A stretch of DNA of 62,056 nucleotides, filler included, from Squatina squatina (taxonomy: Eukaryota), in the NCBI GenBank assembly GCA_031763465.1. It is 3 parts of 3 records of this genome, joined end to end, with 100 filler letters (N's around TTAATTAATTAA, not from the genome) between each part and the next. Parts side by side here need not be neighbours in the genome. Positions count along the whole stretch, not along the records: positions 1 to 19,738 come from JARFOE010000234.1; positions 19,839 to 41,495 come from JARFOE010000080.1; 1 more part is not named here. One strand, 5' to 3'. Position 1 is the stretch's first letter. Each line of letters starts with the position of its first letter. The notes below the pieces were generated by a model, which did no database searches, was not told the DNA's origin, and saw nothing but the letters and a program-made list of their open reading frames with translations. Both the position numbers and the translations under genes were made by a program. Positions 12,546-24,085 of this stretch are shown in pieces.

Positions 12546-14821
12546 TTTTGAGGTTGTAAACTATTATTCCAGAAATGTATATTACCATTCAAATTCCAGT
12601 AAGACAATACTTTAAAAGTCAGAATTCCTAGTAAGGCCAACTACTGTATATGATTGGTCAACGGTTTCTAAGGAGGAATGTATATAACAATAGCAGTTCA
12701 AACCAATTAGGTAATGATAATTTCCCAAGACCGAGGTGCTGATGGTTAATACTTTTTGCAGAATTGATAAGTAAAAGTGGTTACACAAAGTTAGACTTTT
12801 TAAAAAAAAAACAGATTTATCACTGCTATTAAATGAATAAGTTGGCGCTGCATGGATTTTTCATTCGCATTCACAAATACTGTTAAAGACTCGGCTTCAA
12901 TAGTCCAGAATACATTATACGAACTGCCTATGTGCATATTACATGTTTTAAATAAATCCATCCATTTCTGGTTAAATGGTTTAGATGGATCTAAATAGTT
13001 TCTTTTTCTATAAAAAAAATTATGCAGTTTACAATGCGGGAAAAGAGGCTGTCAGCCATACTTCAAACATGACCTAAAATGAAAGAAATGGTAATTTCAT
13101 GCTCATGTAGTCCCCGAACAATGGGCCTTTAAACAAAAAAAAGGTCTTTTAGCTCTAATACCATTAATGAATTCATAGGTGTGCAGTTACCAAGGATTTT
13201 TGCATCTAACAGACTCTATATGTCAATATCCATGGCAACTACACACCTCCCTCATTCATCACTGCTTAAAATAACTTTGTAGCTCATTACAAAAATCTGC
13301 AAGAATTATGCTCAGTAGTTACGTGAAAACCAGCAGCAACAGGCCACAGTGGCAGTGTTAAAAGTTCTACACTACTTGTTTTCAGATTCTTCCTCCTCCT
13401 CAGTTCCACACAAGTATTTTTTTCCAAACAAAACTTTATTCCTTATGATAGCCAAATACATGAATTATAGCAATTTAAAACGAGACAACGATATCAAACC
13501 TAGAGCTTAAGCATAGTGTTAAGAGGTTGAGCATTCATTTATGCAGCCATCACATTAAGACAATGTTAGTGCTTTGATTTATATTAACGTTTATAAAGAA
13601 TTCTACCCACTGTAGTTGTAAATATTCTATAATGAGGACTCTCACAAAACATTTGTGTCGACATCAAGATGCTAATTTTCCGCTAAGATTCTGAACAGGC
13701 TCACACGCAGCTCTAAGCTCANNNNNNNNNNNNNNNNNNNNNNNNNNNNNNNNNNNNNNNNNNNNNNNNNNNNNNNNNNNNNNNNNNNNNNNNNNNNNNN
13801 NNNNNNNNNNNNNNNNNNNNNNNNNNNNNNNNNNNNNNNNNNNNNNNNNNNNNNNNNNNNNNNNNNNNNNNNNNNNNNNNNNNNNNNNNNNNNNNNNNNN
13901 NNNNNNNNNNNNNNNNNNNNNNNNNNNNNNNNNNNNNNNNNNNNNNNNNNNNNNNNNNNNNNNNNNNNNNNNNNNNNNNNNNNNNNNNNNNNNNNNNNNN
14001 NNNNNNNNNNNNNNNNNNNNNNNNNNNNNNNNNNNNNNNNNNNNNNNNNNNNNNNNNNNNNNNNNNNNNNNNNNNNNNNNNNNNNNNNNNNNNNNNNNNN
14101 NNNNNNNNNNNNNNNNNNNNNNNNNNNNNNNNNNNNNNNNNNNNNNNNNNNNNNNNNNNNNNNNNNNNNNNNNNNNNNNNNNNNNNNNNNNNNNNNNNNN
14201 NNNNNNNNNNNNNNNNNNNNNNNNNNNNNNNNNNNNNNNNNNNNNNNNNNNNNNNNNNNNNNNNNNNNNNNNNNNNNNNNNNNNNNNNNNNNNNNNNNNN
14301 NNNNNNNNNNNNNNNNNNNNNNNNNNNNNNNNNNNNNNNNNNNNNNNNNNNNNNNNNNNNNNNNNNNNNNNNNNNNNNNNNNNNNNNNNNNNNNNNNNNN
14401 NNCCAAACACTTAACAGTTGAATTGAATTTGTAAAGCTCATCACACATGGTACCTCTGGAAGAGCTTAGATAACGCATGCTCATGGGACCATAGTTTTTT
14501 TTTTTGCGGCTTCCTGTATCTAGATTGTTTCACACTACCAAATGCAAAAGCATTCTGAAGTTAGAAGTTAGAAGTGTATGCAAAAAGTGCAACAGGGTTA
14601 GTGGTGCGCACAATAGGACAGGAACGTGAATCATTCGAAACTCTAGTTCATGTTTTGTTAAAAGTCTAATACTTTACATTTAATAACTTCATTATACATC
14701 ATAAACTTAAGTAAACAATGTTATTTCTCGTAGCATGCTGACAATGGGTGGAATGACTTTTTTTTTTGCAGAGGCTGCCTTCCACAACTCATTCGATACA
14801 TCAGTCTGATCTAGTCTAGTG

Positions 14822-14905
14822 TCAGCCCTGGCTCAGTGGTTGCACTCTCGCCTCAAGTTAAAAGGTTGTGGGTTCAAGGCCCACTCGAAAGACTTTGAGC
14901 ACATA
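14822..14905 (+). mobile_element. Deu-SINE 5' head, interrupted
   Basis: tggctcagtggttgcactctcgcctc...ggttgtgggttcaaggcccactc...ttgagcacata, then an abrupt switch to GGGCTAGAAATTC. Confidence 0.75.
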
Positions 14906-15229
14906 GGGCTAGAAATTCATGTGTTAAGCGCCATGAAATGGCGATAAAATGGTCGCTGCCACTCTTTCGACAGCTGGTGGCGGGTCCCGCAGTGGTCGCC
15001 ATATTGTTCTCCCCTTTGTGCTGCTGGCAACTGGCAGCGTCCTGGAAAAGAAAATGGCATTGTAGTGACATCACCAGTGCAAACTTCAACCCTAGCGCTG
15101 AATCCAGCGCTGGTTAACCTGATGTGCAAGCTGGCTGACAGTGGGGATGTCTGCAGCTCTTAAAAGGGGCACACACATCATTCAGGTAAGTTTGAATTTA
15201 AGGATTTGGACTGGTTTTTTGGACTTTAT
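14906..15229 (+). mobile_element. Harbinger-like non-autonomous element
   Basis: Starts GGGCTAGAAATTCAT (same terminus at ~1325), with a CpG-rich subterminal region. Confidence 0.55.
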
Positions 15230-15931
15230 NNNNNNNNNNNNNNNNNNNNNNNNNNNNNNNNNNNNNNNNNNNNNNNNNNNNNNNNNNNNNNNNNNNNNNN
15301 NNNNNNNNNNNNNNNNNNNNNNNNNNNNNTAAGTGGTAAGCAAATCCTCATTATTTCCCATTTACTAACGAGTCATCATTTAAAAAAAAAATAGAAGACC
15401 AGTATTAGTATAATTGTTTGATCTGCAGAGCTAAACCAACATTAAATTCTACTCGATTGTCTTTTAGCAGGGTTGGGTTTCATGTTTTCTGCGACAACTC
15501 AAGTTGCATAGTTATGGATGCTCAGTTATGTAATGTGCAGATTTCATTAAAAGTTAAATATTTCACAGTAATTAGATCACTTTATTTTAGCCTTGTGAAA
15601 GATTAGCTACAAGAAATTTGTTTTAAGACTACTTTTTTCCCCCCGTGATCTCATTAATTTCTTCTACCTGCCACTCAAATAAAAAATTCCTGCATAAACT
15701 ACCGATTCCCACGCAAACTCCTTTAGTAGGGCGGCAGTAAGTTTATTATGACCTAATTTCATGGCTGCAGCCAATATTACCCTGCAGCTAGATGGTCCAA
15801 AGTGTGCTTGTAGGTGGCAAGTGGCATATTTTAACAATTTCACTCCAGAGATGAAGGGAGATGAGGTACCCTCTAGCTCCTCAGACAAGAATAGCAAAAC
15901 TTAAAGTAAATAGTAGCTGAGCTACAGTATT

Positions 15932-16007
15932 GCCAATCCAGGGTTTTGAACCCGTGACCATCTAGTTCAGAAGTGCTGGCACCCTATCCACCTTGTGCTA
16001 CTGGGCC
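15932..16007 (-). mobile_element. tRNA-derived SINE head or tRNA relic
   Basis: ggcccagtagcacaaggtggatag...cacgggttcaaaaccctgg has A and B boxes but no proper acceptor stem. Confidence 0.5.
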
Positions 16008-16753
16008 ACAATATGCAGCTGAAAATTTAGCACAACAAATGGGTATTTTGGGTCCTTTTCAGGAGTCTCAAGAATGTGCACCATTATTATGCTGTTAAAG
16101 TTCCAAAACACTTCAGCTTTTGTGTTGTGTGAAACAATGAACTGAATTACAGCAATGCACTGAGCTCTGTAAAATAAAGAACTTTGATATCAAACATGTC
16201 GTTTTCCACTAACATGACCACTAAAAGTTCTGGTGCAGGGTTACAATTACACCCATTACAGGCCTAATTTTTTTTTTAAACAATTGAGGTACTAAGTTAA
16301 AGGGCCAAGGCTCATAAGCGCAGGACAATGGCAAAGTTGAAAATTCAGATGAGCTAAATCAGAAAACAGCAATTAGATTATACCAAGCCTGAAAATTGTA
16401 GGAAGGATGAAAGACTGAGGGAGATAGGGAGTTCCAGTTTTCAAGCTGGAGCAAGAAACTGTTACATACATTAAAAAATGTTGTTCACTCATGACCTGGG
16501 TACGGGAGTTTGATGCATTATTTAAAGGATTTTCTTTAGTGTTTTCTGGATACATCATAACCAAAAATGGTTGCTTGTTAGGAGAAAGCGACATGGCAAA
16601 ATTTATTTTTGAACCAGCTAAAAAAAAACATAAATACTTAAGAATATCTCAAANNNNNNNNNNNNNNNNNNNNNNNNNNNNNNNNNNNNNNNNNNNNNNN
16701 NNNNNNNNNNNNNNNNNNNNNNNNNNNNNNNNNNNNNNNNNNNNNNNNNNNNN

Positions 16754-17739
16754 AAGTCTTTTTGCTAAATTCTTGGCTTAATATGGCCTAATATGCTATT
16801 CAGATAGCATCAACAAAAGATTCCAAATGCATCCGTTTCTTCCCCCTCCCCCTGCTAACTTTAGAAGTTGCATTCACAGGCACCCTTTGTGTTTTGAAAA
16901 CACCCAACAGAACATTATTATAACTGACAACACTTTTAGGCAACAAAACAAAGCTTATATTGTGGGTACTTTTTTTTTGGAAAATATGCAATATGATATG
17001 CAATATGCAGCCTTGCATAGCAATGTCTGGAAAAAACACATCAGCTTTAAAATAGGAAAAAACAGAATGCAAAATCTGGTATGGTTAGGTTGATACCATT
17101 TTACTTGATCCAACTCTCCCAGAGTGAGATAATCCATACACATACTATGTACAATGATTTTATATACTGCGTGCCACTTTTTGTTGGAAGTCTTTTTCTT
17201 CAGATTTGAAACAGTTTATAAAGCAGGCTTAAATGGCCTGAACTCTACAAATCTGGCACTTTATTGTGAGTGTCCCATTCCTCCCCCTACCGAACAAAGC
17301 ATTCCCTTTCTCATCTTAAATCTGGTACAGAATTCCAAAGTGCCAGTTTGCTACACATGAAGTCCTCATTTGTTTCTCAAAGTCATTCCATTTTGATACA
17401 TGTCCTCAGTCAGGATCCAAGAAACACACATCACCACTGGATATATTTCAATGTTCTTGCTTCAGTTTTTTTTATATCCCTGGATTTGCAGTATCCGACA
17501 TTCCAGCTGGTAAATCTTTTTGAAGAATGTAAACAAGCACCAATAAAAACAGGCCCCAACATCCCCAAAGAGGAGATTGTTTAGCAGTCCTCACTTAATT
17601 TGTGCTTCCTTAAAAAGCACTTTTGGAATTTACATTCACAGCTCCATACAGTTGCTTCTCCCAGTTAAATCTGTGTAAAGATCAAATCAACACTTTGCAC
17701 ATTGTCTTCTGAACTGGAGTCAAACTGAATCAGAGCAAA
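16754..17739 (-). other. PIK3R1: Probable PIK3R1 3'UTR (proximal part)
   Basis: Lies directly downstream of the gap expected to hold the last coding exons; no ORF. Blocks AACAAATGA..TGTAGCA..GGCAC, CACTCACAA, AAAGTGCCAGA, CAGTATATAAAAT..TGTACATA and GCTATGCAA resemble the mammalian PIK3R1 3'UTR as recalled (not aligned). Confidence 0.65.
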
Positions 17740-18734
17740 NNNNNNNNNNNNNNNNNNNNNNNNNNNNNNNNNNNNNNNNNNNNNNNNNNNNNNNNNNNNN
17801 NNNNNNNNNNNNNNNNNNNNNNNNNNNNNNNNNNNNNNNNNNNNNNNNNNNNNNNNNNNNNNNNNNNNNNNNNNNNNNNNNNNNNNNNNNNNNNNNNNNN
17901 NNNNNNNNNNNNNNNNNNNNNNNNNNNNNNNNNNNNNNNNNNNNNNNNNNNNNNNNNNNNNNNNNNNNNNNNNNNNNNNNNNNNNNNNNNNNNNNNNNNN
18001 NNNNNNNNNNNNNNNNNNNNNNNNNNNNNNNNNNNNNNNNNNNNNNNNNNNNNNNNNNNNNNNNNNNNNNNNNNNNNNNNNNNNNNNNNNNNNNNNNNNN
18101 NNNNNNNNNNNNNNNNNNNNNNNNNNNNNNNNNNNNNNNNNNNNNNNNNNNNNNNNNNNNNNNNNNNNNNNNNNNNNNNNNNNNNNNNNNNNNNNNNNNN
18201 NNNNNNNNNNNNNNNNNNNNNNNNNNNNNNNNNNNNNNNNNNNNNNNNNNNNNNNNNNNNNNNNNNNNNNNNNNNNNNNNNNNNNNNNNNNNNNNNNNNN
18301 NNNNNNNNNNNNNNNNNNNNNNNNNNNNNNNNNNNNNNNNNNNNNNNNNNNNNNNNNNNNNNNNNNNNNNNNNNNNNNNNNNNNNNNNNNNNNNNNNNNN
18401 NNNNNNNNNNNNNNNNNNNNNNNNNNNNNNNNNNNNNNNNNNNNNNNNNNNNNNNNNNNNNNNNNNNNNNNNNNNNNNNNNNNNNNNNNNNNNNNNNNNN
18501 NNNNNNNNNNNNNNNNNNNNNNNNNNNNNNNNNNNNNNNNNNNNNNNNNNNNNNNNNNNNNNNNNNNNNNNNNNNNNNNNNNNNNNNNNNNNNNNNNNNN
18601 NNNNNNNNNNNNNNNNNNNNNNNNNNNNNNNNNNNNNNNNNNNNNNNNNNNNNNNNNNNNNNNNNNNNNNNNNNNNNNNNNNNNNNNNNNNNNNNNNNNN
18701 NNNNNNNNNNNNNNNNNNNNNNNNNNNNNNNNNN

Positions 18735-18755
18735 TCCTCTACCATGGAGTATTGG
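18735..18755 (-). CDS. PIK3R1: PI3K regulatory subunit p85-alpha, start of the exon leading into cSH2 (rest lies in the N gap)
   Basis: Acceptor tttcttatag|CCAATACTCCATGGTAGAGGA = (D)QYSMVE; phase fits the preceding exon. Confidence 0.9.
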
Positions 18756-18849
18756 CTATAAGAAACAGAACATTTTCAGTTATAAAAGCAACCAAACACA
18801 TGGAAAAATGTGTGTGCTCTTTTAAAGGCAAAAAATGCAAGTTGCTTAC

Positions 18850-18924
18850 TCTTCAGCATTCTCATTCTTAATACCAAGCCACTCATTGATCTTCTTTTGT
18901 CGAACACCCTTCTGTGTCAACCAC
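18850..18924 (-). CDS. PIK3R1: PI3K regulatory subunit p85-alpha, 75-nt exon
   Basis: ttttgaag|GTGGTTGACA...GCTGAAGA|gtaagc; encodes WLTQKGVRQKKINEWLGIKNENAE(D). Confidence 0.96.
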
Positions 18925-19348
18925 CTTCAAAAATAAAAAATGAAATTAATGGAAGTGAATGTTATTGAGTTTGTGTATTTTGTGATACTTAGAACATGGT
19001 TTTTAAATCTCCTTTCTGACTGTCCATGCCTTGTTCCTTTACCCAAACTAGTTGTGGCTGCAAACATTTCCATTACTACATTCAAAAAAACCCTGAATTG
19101 GACAAAAGTTGTGTATAAAGGGAGAGTTAACTTTCCTGTTCTTCTCCCTCTCCAGTCAAACAAAATGCTATAGTGATACGTTCTATTTCCAACCCAACTG
19201 CAAGTGATGCAACTAAGCCATAAAGATTTTGAAAGCTGATGCTAAGATTTACAGAAGTAGTATGAATAAGAGTCATATGCTCAACAGTTAGATTTATAAA
19301 GCTACTACGCCCTTGTTTTATGACCAGAGATACAGGTTTAAAAGCCAA

Positions 19349-19520
19349 AAGCAAAATACTGCAGAGGTGCTGGAAATCTGAAATCAAAACAGAAAATGCT
19401 GGAAATACTCAGGTCAGGCAGCACATGTGGAGAGTGAAACGGAGTTAATGTAAACATTAACTCTGTTTCTCTCTCTCCACAGATACTACCTGACCTGCTG
19501 AGTATTTCCAGCATTTTCAG
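19349..19520. mobile_element. Penelope-type terminal-repeat palindrome in a PIK3R1 intron
   Basis: Inverted arms 19392-19451 and 19454-19518 (gaaaatgctggaaatactc... / ...gagtatttccagcattttc); a decayed single arm also occurs at ~54090-54150. Confidence 0.7.
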
Positions 19521-19554
19521 CTTTAGAAAGCCTTTTAACAAAGTGCTCTGCTTA

Positions 19555-19737
<183 letters not shown>

Positions 19738-19738
19738 G

Positions 19739-19838
19739 NNNNNNNNNNNNNNNNNNNNNNNNNNNNNNNNNNNNNNNNNNNNTTAATTAATTAANNNNNN
19801 NNNNNNNNNNNNNNNNNNNNNNNNNNNNNNNNNNNNNN
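19739..19838. other. Artificial scaffold-joining linker
   Basis: 44 N + TTAATTAATTAA (stops in all six frames) + 44 N; an identical construct lies at 41496-41595. Confidence 0.97.
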
Positions 19839-20370
19839 ACATGAGGGTTGATGAGTTGCAGGAACCTTTCCTCAAGGTCAGTAAGGGGCACCACTGCTGG
19901 TGGTCCACCACCGGTGTGAAGCTGTTAGCCTGAAAATGAAACGGCATTGTCTCAGCATCATGATGTGGCAACATCAGCATGGTCACCTTTTAGTTGAGAT
20001 ACATACGTCATTGGTGGCAGCTAGGAATAGTCTAACTTCTTAAAGCGCCAGGAATGATGACTGCATTTAGTTTGTGACTGTTCATCAATGCTGCAATGAC
20101 CAACTTCTCTGCAACACAGCAAGTCACATTCACCCGCACCAACCGAGTTAAGTCATTAAACTTCTTGCGAGACGGGTTTGGGGAATGCTCATCCACATCT
20201 GACGCAGAGACCTCCATTGCTATGGCCTGCCACATTGACCAGTGCACAGATGGGGCTGCTCTTCTTCCAGATGATGGAAACAGCTCTTGCCACTTCCTCT
20301 CCACCGAGGCCACCAAAGTCTCAAGTGCAGCATTAGTAAATCGCTGGCTTCTACGACCCCCTTGAGACAC
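19839..20370 (-). pseudogene. Harbinger-associated Myb/SANT-like gene, two exons
   Basis: Exon 1 (20134-20370) is open: SQRFTNAALETLVASVERKWQELFP...WQAIAMEVSA...RKKFNDLTRLVR|gtgaat. Exon 2 (19839-19929) follows ttcattttcag and encodes TGGGPPAVVPLTDLEERFLQLI, out of frame with exon 1. Confidence 0.8.
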
Positions 20371-20486
20371 CCTTATATTTTCTGATTCACTTCTTCAAGC
20401 AATTCTACCATGAGCAACATAAGCTGTGAAACTGTGAGAAGCCAGGCTTTTATGAGAAACAAGGCAGTGGAAATGCAACTAATTAA

Positions 20487-20760
20487 CATTGACAACAAAT
20501 TGGTTGACAGACAGGAAACAGAGTAGGAATAAACGGGACTTTTTCCGGGTGGCAGACAGTGACCAGTGGGATGCCACAAGGATCAGTGCTTGGGCCCCAG
20601 CTACTCACAATATATATCAATGATTTGGATGAGAGAACGTAATGTAACATTTCCAAGTTTGCAGACGACACGAAGCTGGGGGTGGGGGGAATGTGAGCTG
20701 TGAGGAGGATGCAAAGAGGCTCCAATGTGATTTAGACAAGTTGGGTGAGTGGGCAAATGC
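20487..20760 (+). mobile_element. CR1 LINE RT core fragment
   Basis: [25 protein letters not shown]...ISKFADDTKLG; EEDAKRLQCDLDKLGEWAN. Confidence 0.92.
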
Positions 20761-20860
20761 NNNNNNNNNNNNNNNNNNNNNNNNNNNNNNNNNNNNNNNN
20801 NNNNNNNNNNNNNNNNNNNNNNNNNNNNNNNNNNNNNNNNNNNNNNNNNNNNNNNNNNNN

Positions 20861-21540
20861 CTCCGTGGTCTCCTTCAGAAACCTAGGACATATGTTGTTG
20901 TAATCAGGGGAATTCATTCGTCTTCAGTCCCTTTAACTCATCAAGTAGCTCTCCGATACTGATTTTAAAATCTACAAGGATTGGACAGCAAGCTAATGTT
21001 ATCCTCTTTGATGAAAAACTCTGGAAAGCGTTAATTTGCTATTTTATTTTCTTCAGTTTCACACCACTTTTATGTTTTATAATTCTAACTGCCCCTCCAA
21101 CTACTCTTGTACTATAACACCAGAAGAATGTTCTAGTGCTTTTCGTAATATATTTTGGTATCCTTATCTCTAGGGACCTTTTTGCACCTTTGACATCTCT
21201 TTCGATCTGTTATCTCCCCTCCCCTCTCTGAGTTATTCTCCCTCCCACAGTTTGTTTTGCTTTCTTAGTCCTTTTCATTATTTTATTAGGACATGGGTAA
21301 TCGGTTGGCACCCCAGGACAATTCATCCAAATCTCTTCACTAACAACCAGGATCAAATTTCTGAAGAATCTGTCTTCACGGCAGTTATCCACATCTGCTA
21401 CCTGATAATAAAAAAGTGTGTAATAGACCACACCAAACGTACAAGAATCAACAGTTGGGAGAACCCATTTTTCTGTATCTTCTGCAGATTTTTGCTGTAA
21501 CAAGTCAAAATCATGCTTAGAAACTGTCATTGATGTCAAA
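20861..21540 (-). mobile_element. CR1 LINE ORF2 (endonuclease-RT linker), old
   Basis: NSPDYNNICPRFLKE (cf. KSPGPD.I.PRVLKE) plus decayed upstream motifs. Confidence 0.65.
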
Positions 21541-23807
21541 GGTACAGATAATACTTTATATATTTAATACATTTATAATGTCACAATTGGAATCATGTAC
21601 TTAGATTAATAAATATAAACTAACAGAATACAATGCTGTGATGATGGCCTGGAATCTTGTTGTGTGGGGAAGTGGATCGCTTCTAAAGACTTTACGTAAG
21701 TTGTGTTTATGATCACAGATCTAAGCTCTAGTCAAAAAAATTGGTAAAAACTAAAAAAAGTGCTTATTACTTGTCTCACTGTGAGGATTTTTCGTGTGAG
21801 GTCACACACCAGCTGAACGTTCAGGGAATGGCAGCCTTTTCTGTTGCAGATGATCTCGGGATTGCCCTCTAGTGCCTTGAGGGCAGTTGGGTACAATCTA
21901 TTGCACCCGGAACCTTGGGGAAACCCAATACGGGCGAAACCAACAGCTCGCCAACAGATGTATTTATTGACTCAAGCACCTGAAAAATTAATGTGCATCA
22001 CAGAAGATTATGAAGTATTTTCTGTGTTGAAGGCTTAAAAGAGCAGGAAACACAAATTAAGCCTGAGGATGTTAGGAGTTAGTAAGTTCGGGTAGCAATG
22101 ATGAGAGCTGGTGGGAGGGTGATGGTGGCGGGAGCAGTNNNNNNNNNNNNNNNNNNNNNNNNNNNNNNNNNNNNNNNNNNNNNNNNNNNNNNNNNNNNNN
22201 NNNNNNNNNNNNNNNNNNNNNNNNNNNNNNNNNNNNNNGTCAGGTTTCACCCTCACACTTTACACTGCAAGTAGCGTCAGGGTGAAGCAGAAATTGCTTC
22301 ATGCTGGCACTAAACCTTCGGTATAGATGCAACCCTTTGTGTATGTTGGAAGGACAACAGAAATATATTCTTGGTTGAAAAGGCTCCCTGAGAACATGAG
22401 CCAATCAAGACCCAATCTAAAAATATGCTGGAACAATTAGAGGAATATCCACTGATTAAACAGGTTCTCGCATGAAGATTAAGTGATCTTGTACTTCAAT
22501 TTGTCTGTGCCGCAGGAATCATGACTGGCTGGTGTTCTGAGCTGATAAAAACCTGGAGGAAGTTCCCTCCCATTATGCTGAAAAGTATAATAGAGGAGGC
22601 GGGGGAATTATTTGAAACGTGGAATCAAGCTGCTTCAGTTTGTAAGACATTTGTTATGAGAAAATATCAACCAAATTGTTTTAAATAAATACAGTTTTAA
22701 TAAAATGACAATTGCGGAAAAGTGAGGGAAGCTTTGTTTTACTTTTTAGCAGCATTAGAGCTGTTGAATACTACATATGCTCAGAGTATTTCATTTGAGT
22801 GAACAATTTACCCATATTCATTTGGGATTATTTCTGTAACGTCACACATGGTAGATGTCTTAAAGATTTACACATATTTACAGTAAGAAACTGGAATCTG
22901 AAAAAAGTTTTTAAATGCTGTATGAATTAAACGTGCAACACACAAATATGTTTTGAACTGATAATAGTGCTTCAATGATTGCAACATAATCGGTTATATA
23001 CTTTGTCGAAAAATCTTAAACTGTGCCCTGATTACATAATGGTGAAGAGACTTGCTTCAGCTGCTATTTTCAATGGTTGTTAAAACAGGTGTTAAAAGGC
23101 CTCTGCTGTGTATATTATTGTTCTAACTGTTCAATTTGGTTTTTCTTTATTTCTCTTTCTTGCCCTTGAGACGAGGTGCAGAATTTGAAGCAAGCTTATC
23201 ACAAACCTGATGCACTTGGCGAGTCTGACTGACTGCTGTTTTGTAAAGCCGATGTTTGGGGAGGTTCAGTATCTCTTATTGAAAAGGGAGTGGAACAGTA
23301 GAACTGCAACCATATCGATGGGGCCTGTTGCCAGCTTATGGAGCCCTATTCCCACTGAAACGATCTTGGTGTAAAATATCAATAGCTGGGGACACCAAAC
23401 ATCAGCGTTCTTTGTCTCCCACTACAGATCAACCACTGTACTTCTATAATTTGGCTTGTGGAAAAAATTTGATTTTTGAAAACAACACAGCTGAAAAAGC
23501 AAAAATCCTTTAAAGTTCCCTTGTTACTTTCTCTGAGCTGACAACCTGCCAGAATGCCCCCGCTACAGATTTTTATTTTGCTCTTTCTAATCTTAGAAGT
23601 TCAGAAAGAGTCAGGCCCTGCCGCGGTACTGCATCTCTTTTGTCTGTTGATGGTATTGCTAGTCATGTTTGGCTAATCATGGCCTTTTTCCAAGTGAGGT
23701 GTCAGGTNNNNNNNNNNNNNNNNNNNNNNNNNNNNNNNNNNNNNNNNNNNNNNNNNNNNNNNNNNNNNNNNNNNNNNNNNNNNNNNNNNNNNNNNNNNNN
23801 NNNNNNN

Positions 23808-24085
23808 TTAAGGACCACTAGTTAGGCCGCACAACACTCTGTATAAGTGGGATGAGCATGCTCTGCCCATTTTGTACCTTAAAATTGCAACTCCTGTTGG
23901 TCCCTGATTTGCATATTTAAACAGCGTCCCGGCTGCTCTAGAAATGCTAGAGACCATTTAAAGGCTTGCCAGAAAACTGATTCAAGTAGGTAAGGGGTGC
24001 CCGAGGGGCCCACCAGATTTTTCACAGTCAGTCGCCCATTTTGCAGACAAGAAATGGACGGCTGACATTTGAAAATTCCACCCCC
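23808..24085. mobile_element. Harbinger-like non-autonomous element end
   Basis: Ends gaaaattccacccc (reverse complement GGGGTGGAATTTTC); contains atttgcat and a gtaag donor. Confidence 0.4.

Noticed and set aside
15932-16007. Functional tRNA gene
   Set aside because: A and B boxes are present but the acceptor and T stems do not pair properly; it is a SINE-type relic.
19783-19794. TTAATTAATTAA as a homeodomain site or piggyBac footprint
   Set aside because: It is centred in exactly 44+44 N twice, so it is a synthetic linker.
21210-21539. 109-aa ORF as a novel gene
   Set aside because: It lies within a decayed CR1 ORF2 and has no convincing splice structure.
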